The notes beneath the pieces are model-generated. The model did no database searches, was not told the DNA's origin, and saw only the letters and a list, made by a program, of their open reading frames with translations. The translations under genes and the position numbers were made by a program. Positions 11,801 through 20,734 of a stretch of 37,759 nucleotides of DNA are shown here, one piece after another. Position 1 is the first letter of the stretch. Each line of letters begins with the position of its first letter. The DNA comes from Sphaeroforma arctica JP610 (taxonomy: Eukaryota): NCBI RefSeq assembly GCF_001186125.1, contig NW_014040451.1:101447-139205 (forward strand). Direction: 5' to 3'.

Positions 11801-13056
11801 CCTATTTAGCAACTATATATATGTATATAGATTTATAAATACATATAAAGACACATAGAGGTATACGTAATATACTATATGAACGCGTGACTCCATACAT
11901 GAAAAAAAAACTTGAATATACAAATATCTATACCAGTATGTATGATATAATTTCTATATTTACATATGTACATATGAACAGATATACATATTTACACACG
12001 TGTACACTCATATACATCCACACCCACACACACATATATATAATATATATATATCTGTATATACATTTATAAATACTTATAAAGACACATGGAGGTATAC
12101 GTAATATAGTATATGAACACGTGACTCCATACATATACAAGTATGTCTAATATAATTTCTATATTTACATATGCACAGATATACATATACACACACATAT
12201 ACACCCAGACCCCCCCCCACACGCATATATATATATACGTGTACACATACACACGCACACGCACACACACACGCACACGCACACACACACACACATATAT
12301 ATATGTATATATGTATATATATATATAGACGTATATATATATATATATATAATATATATATATATACAACGTGAGTTTATACATAAGTATACGTGTATAA
12401 ATACTACTAAGAAACATATGTCAAATTCTCTACTATACCTGCTTCGCCAATTCACGAGTGGGAGCTAAAACCAGCACCTTAGGATCTCTACCGCGGCGAT
12501 TCCGGGACCCATTCTTTGCCATGTCTAACATCAACCTCTCAATCACAGGTAAAGCGAACGATAGTGTCTTTCCAGTACCTGTGCGAGCACGTCCAATGAC
12601 ATCCTTGCCCTCGAAGATCGGGCCGAAACTTTCGATTTGAATAGGAAACAAACTCGTCACCCCCTTTGTCGTCAGTTTCGCAATGGTCTCCTGTGTGATG
12701 GCTGGGAAGTTACTGAATGCTCCTGCGTCTTCTACGAGTTCGTTCTCTTTTGTATCGACCTCCATTTCTGCATTGGGAGTGGTACTTTCGGGGGTTGAAT
12801 CATCTGCATCCCCATCCTTTTTATCCTTCTTCGATTTCTTCTTGGTTTCTTTGACTTTACCACAACCGTCTTCGGATTTCGAACGCTTTACTTTCTTTAC
12901 TTTTTTATCTTTATCTTTCTTTTCTGTGGCCTCAGCATCGCTCGCGGCGTCCTCGGCTGTTCGCTTGCCATTGTGCGAACTCTCAACGTCGTCTGTTTTA
13001 GACTTGTCCGATTTACTGGACTTTTTAGACTTCTTCTCCACTTTGCCGGAAGCCAT
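5846..13056 (-). CDS. DDX21: DEAD-box nucleolar RNA helicase 2 (DDX21/DDX50 family), ~750 aa, with GUCT domain and RGG tail
   Basis: Phase-consistent exons: 13056-12439, 11537-11366, 11119-11024, 10808-10622, 9945-9819, 9157-8918, 8411-8172, 7489-7385, 6933-6735, 6114-5846 (2253 nt, ending TAG). Motifs: [49 protein letters not shown]. Lys/Asp-rich N-terminus, GUCT-like segment (GYITMLL...GVVFDVP...ELPEL) and an FRGGRGG-rich C-terminal exon. Confidence 0.93.
8412..8917 (-). other. Non-canonical GC-AG intron in the DDX21-like gene
   Basis: Exon ends AAC CAG followed by GCAAGT. Joining to the acceptor cacag|GAA gives [18 protein letters not shown], colinear with the DDX21 family (FYQxxEEYQL..VE.KAG). 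Confidence 0.8.
11817..12300. repeat. Recent ~240-bp tandem duplication interspersed with (TA)n/(CA)n in a DDX21 intron
   Basis: atttataaatacatataaagacacatagaggtatacgtaatatactatatgaacgcgtgactccatacat (11831-11900) recurs as atttataaatacttataaagacacatggaggtatacgtaatatagtatatgaacacgtgactccatacat (12065-12134). Similarity continues downstream. Confidence 0.9.
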
Positions 13057-13077
13057 ATTGTGCGAAGTAGTGTACAC

Positions 13078-13655
13078 CTGCGTGTATCTTAGTACTGTAG
13101 TTATGTATTTGTGTACGTGGGCGACTAAAACGTCGAAATATGTGTAAATATAAGTCCTACTCGTATAAAGATAAAATACCCCTCGCCAGTGAACAGCTAA
13201 GTAGTAATATTAAGAGCTCTAGCGAATAATTGCTACATAACTGAATGTGCATACAGAATCACATTTTTGTCATTTTCAAAAAAAAAAAGATCACCTTGAT
13301 AGCCACAGTAACACGTGCACACTGTACCGGTAGCAAGCAATATCTGTGACTCATTCTAAATATATATCGTAAAATAATCAAAAGAAAGGTGACTTACTGT
13401 CATACTGATCAGTACTTTTAATATTGGACATTGAATGTGTATAGAGGAGAGGTTTTTATACGGAGGTTACTGTCTTGGGTGACTATTAATTGATGTCGCA
13501 ATCCTTTGAATTGATAGGCAAAAGCTTATATTGATGGGATATACAATCATACAGTAGCATATAAATATAAGAATTAGCGGCCTCATTCACGTTTGTAGTT
13601 CAGCGCAGACAATCACGACCATCAATCCCGTACACGTGTTCGTATCCTAGCAACC
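13078..13655. promoter_or_regulatory. Putative bidirectional promoter region between DDX21 and NVL, with CACGTG E-boxes
   Basis: Head-to-head genes with start codons 600 bp or less apart. CACGTG at 13312-13317 and 13633-13638, with another at 13705-13710 just inside NVL. Confidence 0.45.
13398..13403 (-). CDS. Candidate 6-nt initial coding micro-exon (ATG ACA) of the DDX21-like gene
   Basis: ATG ACA|GTAAGT (donor at 13397) splices in frame to cgcag|GTG TAC ACT ACT TCG CAC AAT ATG GCT (exon start 13077), giving [14 protein letters not shown]. Confidence 0.4.
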
Positions 13656-16600
13656 ATGGTTCGTCGCAAATCAGGCGCATACTTCGTAGACGCGCAATTA
13701 GTTCCACGTGTACAGAGCTACAGTGATGCCCAGATCACTGAAAATGGACTCTCACATACATCTAGGGAAGCGCACGAGATGGTTTTGCGTAATGCTGACC
13801 ATGTAGTAGACTTTCTTACACGCACCTATCCGCGGGACTATGCACGTAAAAATAAACAGGTGATGAGTAGATCGGTTGGAAAAGCCATCACAGTGGTGTG
13901 TAGGAATGCGGGCGTGGTCAGGATGAACGGGAGTGATGTGAGTATCAGTGTTACTGGAGATGGGAGTGATACGGAGAATGCGCGCGATTTTAGCAGCACA
14001 GATATTAACACTGAAGGGGAAGGGGACATGGAAGAGGAAGAGGCCGATGCAGATGAACAGATGGCAGCGATGGAAGCTGATGCAGCCTTTGCGGCGTCCG
14101 AGTGTGGCGTACAAGGGTTGGGTGAAGATAAAGAAATTGGGATTGTCGATGGGAGGAGTACGGGTATGAACTTGCAGGCTCAAAGTGAGATGGACAGTGA
14201 GCGTGATGAGAATGAGAACGAGAATACGAGTGATAGAGATGGAAGTGCAAGCGCTTCGGGGGAGAAGAAGCACAAAGTGCGAGGGGCTGTGTCGACAGAC
14301 AGAGATACTAGAGACTCGCATAGTCACCCAAATAGTCCACACTCGGGTGTGAAGCGACATGGGCCCAACAGCACCAGTGGGAAGCGAGGGCGGCGATTAA
14401 TGGGTAGGCCAAGTGGAGACGGTGGAGGTACTAAGCGTGCACGTGTAGGGGGCTCCGGTGGTTCACGAGCGAATAGTAGCATGGACACACTGGGTGGCAA
14501 GGCGAGTCTACGGCCAAGTGCCAGATACAGTGATATTGCGGGGATAGAGAGTATCTTGCAGGACGTACGAGAACTGATCGAGTACCCTTTATCACACCCA
14601 GAGATCTACAAGCACTTGGGTATCGAGCCACCCAGGGGTATATTGCTTCACGGTCTTCCAGGTACAGGCAAGACACTGCTAGCGAATGCGATAGCCGGGG
14701 AGCTGGGCTGTTCGTTTCTAAAAATATCTGCGCCTGAGGTAGTGAGCGGTATGTCTGGGGAAAGTGAGGCGAAGATCCGAGAGTTGTTCGACCAGGCCAA
14801 GGAGATGGCACCCGCGATAGTGTTCATTGACGAGATCGACGCCATCGCCCCGAAGCGCGAGAATGCGCAGAGGGAGATGGAGAGGCGGATTGTGGCCCAG
14901 TTGTTAACGTCCATGGATGATGTATGCACCGAAAACACGAATAACAATGCACCCGTTATAGTGATTGGGGCCACCAACAGGCCCGATTCCCTGGACCCAG
15001 CACTTCGCCGGGCGGGCCGATTTGACCGTGAAATATGCCTGGGCGCGCCCGACAAGCATGCACGTGCGCGTATTTTGGCAGTGCTCTGTTCTAAATTGAG
15101 ACTGGAGGGCGAGATTGACCTGGAGAAATTGGGTGCCATGACCGCTGGGTTTGTGGGTGCTGATCTCGCTGGGGTTACCCGGGAGGCGGCTGTGTTGGCC
15201 GTGCATCGTATATTCTCCGAGCTGTACCAGATCGATAAGGCGAAGGCGGTGAATGTAATAGCAGAGAGGAAGAATGCAATCACTACTGGAACAAGTGCGA
15301 GTGATAGTGTGGATGCGATTGTGAAAAGTAGTGGCGGTAGTATCGTGGGCAAGAGCGCGAGTGATAAGCAACTTGACGAGTCGATGGCTCTGGTCAAAGC
15401 CGCCGCCGTGGTGTCAGATACGGGAGATGTGGGAAAGTTGGAAGGTAAAGAAGGTGCGAGCGAGCCTGGTAGTACTTTGTCTGAGGGTAGCAGTGGACAG
15501 TGGAACTCGTTTAAAACGACTAGTATTACGTTAGACACCACCGTGTCCACAGACACGGCTTTGGCTGTGTTGTCAACCGAAACGACACTGATTGGGACTC
15601 AGGACGGGACAGAGGAGAGCAGTACTATACCAGGCGCGGCTTTGGTCACACAGACAAGTCCAAGCACAAGTACTACGGCACTTTCTTCAGCACTCCCAAG
15701 AAGTACGAGTGCCAACCGTATGCTAGAGGAGCGTACCGCTGTATCCGATCAGTTGCGCAGCAAACTACGCCCACTCACAGAGAAGGAACTCGAGCCTCTG
15801 GCGGTGACTATGGCCGATTTTGAGTTAGCTGTTAAACAGGTACAACCCTCAGCCAAACGCGAAGGTTTCGCCACGGTGCCCGATGTGACGTGGGCGGATG
15901 TGGGGGCGCTCGACGACGTTCGTCTGGAATTGCGCATGGCTATCATGGAGCCTATCAAGAACCCCGAGAAGTTCGAGGCGGTCGGGTTGACCACCCCTGC
16001 GGGTGTGTTGTTGTACGGACCACCCGGATGTGGTAAGACGCTGCTGGCTAAGGCTATCGCGAGTGAGAGTGGCACGAGTTTCATCAGTGTCAAAGGCCCA
16101 GAACTCCTCAACAAGTATGTGGGTGAGAGCGAACGCTCCATCCGGCTGGTGTTCCAACGAGCCCGGGATTCGTCCCCGTGTGTGGTGTTCTTCGACGAGC
16201 TCGATGCACTCTGTCCCAGGAGAGGCACAGAGTCTCATGCCAGCGAACGTGTGGTGAATACGCTGCTGACGGAGATGGATGGCTTAGAAGCGCGTAAGAG
16301 TGTGTTTGTGATTGCGGCCACGAATCGGCCGGATATGATCGACCCGGCTATGCTTCGCCCGGGGCGTCTGGACAAGCTTTTGTTTGTGGACCTACCCTCT
16401 GCGTCGGATCGCGTGGGTATACTGAAGACCGTGACGCGTAAGACACCGTTAGGTAGTGATGTGCAGGTGGCGGATATAGCACACGACAAGCGGTGTGAGG
16501 GGTTCAGTGGAGCGGATCTGAGCTCGTTGGTGCGAGAGGCGACGGTTTCATCACTGCGAGAGAGTATACTGTACGGCAAAGCGCACACCCCGGTTGTGAG

Positions 16601-16784
16601 TATGAGTCATTTCGATCAGGCGTTCGCAAACACGTACCCGTCTGTCACGGAGAAGGACAGGAGAACATATTCGTCCATGCAGAGAAAGCTCAGATCGGCC
16701 CGTGGAAAGATATCCAGCAAAGTCGAGGAGATCAAGGACGGTGCCGCGGCAAGCGCGTCGGCAGGTGAGAATCCCCCCATGTGA
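13656..16784 (+). CDS. NVL: Nuclear VCP-like AAA+ ATPase (NVL/Rix7/smallminded), 60S biogenesis, 1042 aa, intronless
   Basis: Two AAA modules: D1 GLPGTGKT/IDEID/AQREMERRIVAQL/LRRAGRFD and D2 GPPGCGKT/FDELD/MLRPGRLD. Also the Rix7-typical QPSAKREGFATVPDVTW and an NVL-like N-terminal domain (VDAQLVPRVQSY...DYARK). Good start context (accATGG). Confidence 0.95.
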   Translation: MVRRKSGAYFVDAQLVPRVQSYSDAQITENGLSHTSREAHEMVLRNADHVVDFLTRTYPRDYARKNKQVMSRSVGKAITVVCRNAGVVRMNGSDVSISVTGDGSDTENARDFSSTDINTEGEGDMEEEEADADEQMAAMEADAAFAASECGVQGLGEDKEIGIVDGRSTGMNLQAQSEMDSERDENENENTSDRDGSASASGEKKHKVRGAVSTDRDTRDSHSHPNSPHSGVKRHGPNSTSGKRGRRLMGRPSGDGGGTKRARVGGSGGSRANSSMDTLGGKASLRPSARYSDIAGIESILQDVRELIEYPLSHPEIYKHLGIEPPRGILLHGLPGTGKTLLANAIAGELGCSFLKISAPEVVSGMSGESEAKIRELFDQAKEMAPAIVFIDEIDAIAPKRENAQREMERRIVAQLLTSMDDVCTENTNNNAPVIVIGATNRPDSLDPALRRAGRFDREICLGAPDKHARARILAVLCSKLRLEGEIDLEKLGAMTAGFVGADLAGVTREAAVLAVHRIFSELYQIDKAKAVNVIAERKNAITTGTSASDSVDAIVKSSGGSIVGKSASDKQLDESMALVKAAAVVSDTGDVGKLEGKEGASEPGSTLSEGSSGQWNSFKTTSITLDTTVSTDTALAVLSTETTLIGTQDGTEESSTIPGAALVTQTSPSTSTTALSSALPRSTSANRMLEERTAVSDQLRSKLRPLTEKELEPLAVTMADFELAVKQVQPSAKREGFATVPDVTWADVGALDDVRLELRMAIMEPIKNPEKFEAVGLTTPAGVLLYGPPGCGKTLLAKAIASESGTSFISVKGPELLNKYVGESERSIRLVFQRARDSSPCVVFFDELDALCPRRGTESHASERVVNTLLTEMDGLEARKSVFVIAATNRPDMIDPAMLRPGRLDKLLFVDLPSASDRVGILKTVTRKTPLGSDVQVADIAHDKRCEGFSGADLSSLVREATVSSLRESILYGKAHTPVVSMSHFDQAFANTYPSVTEKDRRTYSSMQRKLRSARGKISSKVEEIKDGAAASASAGENPPM

Positions 16785-17854
16785 TCTTTGTACTGATGGC
16801 TAGTCGATTATTGGGACCGGGTGCAGTAGATCAAACGAGTACTTGCACAGGTATTACCCGCGGTGGTATCGATTGGAATGGGCGCTATCCCGGTCTCGGC
16901 TACCAGACGTACATCCTACGACCGGATGAAATAAGCACAGTTGTTTTGCGCATAGCTACGAAGCTTTGATAGTTGGATAGGATCCAGGTTCAACTCTATT
17001 GATATGCCGTGCTATAAACGAAAAAGTACAATTTCTACTGGTGCTAAAACTTTATACTCTAGAATGGTGCGGTATTCACCAGAAGATATGGCGAGGCAAT
17101 CTCGTTTTGAGGTTCGATTCCTTCCTGCACATCGGCGGTCTAGCTGCTGTTTATTCACCCCTACCGATTGTAGCCAGCCTTTCTAAGTGAGTGGTCTGAT
17201 TCCTGACAGATCATCAATAGCTTGCATAGGGAACCGGGTATGGGCGATGGGTACCTTGATTTGCGAGACCTCGAATACAAGAAATGGACTAAATAACCTG
17301 TAAAGGTTCATAATAAGGCTGAAAACCTAATCTGATATAAGCCAATCTACCCTGGCTTATGCTTGACCTGTGGTGTCTACTATAGCCTAGGATGCATTAA
17401 TCGTACTGTAGTGCGTTTACCTTAGTTGCTGTTTGAATTATAATTTATATATATATATATGACACCAGTAGCATTGCTATCTATAAATCAAGGCACATGC
17501 TTTATTTACTATCATGGCTATTTGGTGTTTTCGGAGCATGTATCTAGATTTAGGTAGTCGTACACTTGGAGTATTCTGGATCAATGCGGCGTCCGTGACA
17601 AGGTTTCTACATTTTTTACCTACAAGTGGGACGTCTCTGCCTCGAGTCTCGCATGCTCAGCCAATTCATGTTTCCCCATGCCCATTCAGCAATCTGGAAA
17701 CACACGTTGGTGCACGCCACAATGTCACACAGTACAAGTGTTTATCTCAGCACACTTAGTACTTATATACTCAGCATCGCCAGCAGATTCTTTGCCGTTT
17801 CCTTTTCGAGTTGGCGAGTGAACGCACGGTTCATTGCGCACTCATAGCTTGGAG

Positions 17855-17940
17855 TATATATATATATATATATATATACATATATATATACATACATACA
17901 TCTACATCTACATCTACATCTACATTTACTATCTACATCT

Positions 17941-17986
<46 letters not shown>
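17855..17986. repeat. Compound microsatellite (TA)n-(TACATC)n-(CA)n-(TA)n
   Basis: Directly visible in the sequence. Confidence 0.95.
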
Positions 17987-17987
<1 letters not shown>

Positions 17988-18311
17988 GGGGGAAAGGTAT
18001 GTATGTATGTGTGTTTGTGTGGTTTGTCGTATCTATGACGGATCATAGCAAAAAATGCGCATTAGAATTGAATAATATGTTACTCTTTAAAAATGGTGCA
18101 CAGTGCACACGTACTCGGTACTCGTCACGGCATTTTATCGCCGGCGAGTAAAAATCGAGTTTAAAGAATTGGATACGGATTGTGAGAAAAAGGATTGTCA
18201 AGAGAAGGGACTAAACTCGGGTCTTATATTGAATCCTGTACCGTACACGGAGGAAAGCATTATAAACCGGTCTGGCATTTAATTTAGTTGCATATTAAAG
18301 CTAGTGCGTCG

Positions 18312-19846
18312 TCAAAGATATTTTCCTAGCATGAAGGCTGCGGCGCTGACGGCGACTGTGACAAAGGCAAAATAGTGCATTCGGTTCAGACTACTCATCA
18401 CAACACCAGGAATGTGACGGTGTGCGATCTACATCACAGCCATATCGGCTTTTGTTTGGGGAGAGTAACGTGCCTTCAAGTCATTGAAATTCGAGTTGAT
18501 CATAATAGACTTCATGTGACTAAACTCTACAAAACCTTGGTAGCCATGGTACTTGCCGCTACCCGAATTACCTACCCCTCCAAATGGAAGGTTCTCGTTC
18601 AGCATGAACGTAATGGTATCATTGAACTGGAGACTACCCGCAGATACGTTCATGAACTTTTCCTGCACGTGTCCGTCATGTGTGAAGGCATACATGGCAA
18701 GTGGTTCTCTTGTTAGAATAGAATCTATCGCTTTCTCAACGCCATCTACACGTAAGATAGGCAATATGGGACCAAATATCTCCTCTTGCATACAAGCAGA
18801 AGCGTGGTATGCCTCAGTGTCTGTCCTAAAGTCTAATAGAGTAGGTGCGGTATAGAAATCTGAAGCATCGGTTTCGCCACCATGAACTATGTACTTGCTA
18901 TCGCGGTTGATCATCTTGGATAAACGCTTGTGATGTGCTAGTACCTTCGCCATACGCCCAAACGCCCTATCTTGCTGCGGATCGACGCCATACTGAGCAA
19001 CAATCGTTTCCTTCAGCGTACTGATGAAAGCTTCGGCGATTGAGCTGTCTACGAACATGTGATCGGGACGTATACACGTCTGCCCTGCATTTAGGCCCAA
19101 AGACCCTCACACATTGCGCTTGGCAGCTACTGCTAGATTGGCTTATTTGCCAAAGTACACCGGTGATTTGCCACCTAGTTCCAGTATACATTGGGACCAG
19201 ATTGGTGCACCTGCTTTGGCTACCATGCGGCCAAGCCCGGGCGAACCGGTTGCAAAAATAACATCCCAGCGCATTGACAAAAAATCCTGTAGCTCGTCAA
19301 AGCCACCAGAAACCATGCTGACAACTTGATTGTCCATGTACTTCGAAATTAGTTCACACAGAAGTTTCATCGTCTCGGGCGAGTGTGTTTCAGCTCCCGT
19401 TTTGACAACAACTACATTGCCGGCTGCAATGCTTGCAGCCATGGGATCGGCGATGAGTGTGATCGGATAATTCTAGCAACCGATTGTCAGGGCCGTGCCC
19501 ATAAGTTCCGGTTTAATCATTGAGGTGGCCGGATAGTTGAAAACGTCAGTGTCCACGTGAGTTGCCCTTGACCAGCTATCAACATTGGCTATCATGCTAT
19601 CGATGCCGTTGATTGAGGCTTGTGTCTCCGCTAACCAAACCTCCTCGGGACTCTTTTTCAAATCCGCATACACAGCCTTCTGGATAGCTTCCTCATTTTG
19701 ACTGATCATTCTTCTGAGAGCCTGGAATTGACTCTTTCTCCAGTTTAATGGAAGTGTGGTGCCTGCCCTGAAAGCTGTGCTAGCTCGCATATGAGTATCA
19801 GCGGCACAGATCGACAATTCGACGCCTTTGTAGTTTGGTTTACCAT
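18312..19846 (-). pseudogene. ALDH3/fatty-aldehyde dehydrogenase family gene, intronless, with four in-frame stops and a probable 5' frameshift
   Basis: The three listed ORFs are in one frame. Motifs: IGC*NYP, AIAAGN-like ASIAAGN, ELGGKSP, NAGQTC, EEIFGP, LPFGGVGNSGSGKYHG. Stops at TAG 19473-19475, TAA 19143-19145, TGA 19107-19109 and TAG 18429-18431. The last is followed by 38 more codons containing a hydrophobic tail anchor (FAFVTVAVSAAAFMLGKYL, TGA at 18312-18314). The taaaATG at 19846 is one base out of frame; there is an in-frame ATG at 19790. Confidence 0.85.
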
Positions 19847-20734
19847 TTTATGTAAAAAATATTTTGATGGACAATGTTGTTGATTTATCGACATGACAAT
19901 AGTCTCTGTATTGCAGTATGCCTTAAATACTTTCGCATGCAGTAAGCAAGAATGTAATTCTTAAGAATGTTGTATTCCATCTGACTACACATCAGTTTTG
20001 CAACCTTTCTGCAGAGGCCAGAGATTACACTCAACTTCTCAAGTCACAAAAGGTTTGAACTGTGAACATGACGTCCGAATTTCAGGATAAAACTTAAAAG
20101 TCAAAGGAGCACACATACATGCATCATACTACTTTGTTACAATCGTCCGTACTCCGAGTCCTATTATGGCAAAGAGGGCTCTCGAGAGTTGAATGTTGCT
20201 GATATGATATATCATACTTCATAATATTTAGCTGCTTGTAAATTGAACAAAGGCTATGTATGGCTGTATGCTGCTATGTTGAGAATTGATAACCGACGGA
20301 GATCAACAGTTGTATTTATTTTTGGGATCCAGAATTCCGGAGTTTCACTGAATATCACCCGATTGGCGATTGGCGATTTATTTCAAAATTTTCTTGAAAA
20401 AGATTTGTTTCTGAAAAAGCATGTGTGTTAGTGCCACTAGTGCAGATGTACAGATGTTTTATTAATTTATTTACATACATACCGTTTACGGGATAAACCT
20501 TAGCGCTCGTAAGGCTCCGAGCCCTACGCGCGATTGGTTTATGCATTTTATATAGAGCTACATATACGCTACGTCAGTTTGTCTTTTGATTCATGCAAAT
20601 ATCGATCGCTGGATGCACCGCAGTATGGCTACAAAAGTCTGCTGTCTGATATTGAAGCGCTCAATCAAGTCTTTATAATCACCAGAGTATAATTAATAGT
20701 TTACATTTGCATAATCAACTAACGACTATTTAAA

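Noticed and set aside
13752..16588. Long antisense ORFs (202, 302, 159 aa and others) within NVL
   Set aside because: Expected shadows of a GC-richer coding region; no motifs.
17720..17850. Coding-looking island (RAFTRQLEKETAKNLLAMLSI) next to a microsatellite
   Set aside because: No parent gene or consistent splice partner found. It could be a remnant but is unsupported.
18312..19846. Alternative genetic code or tiny introns explaining the ALDH stops
   Set aside because: Neighbouring genes terminate normally at TAG, TGA and TAA, and the ALDH alignment is colinear across each stop with no extra sequence to splice out.
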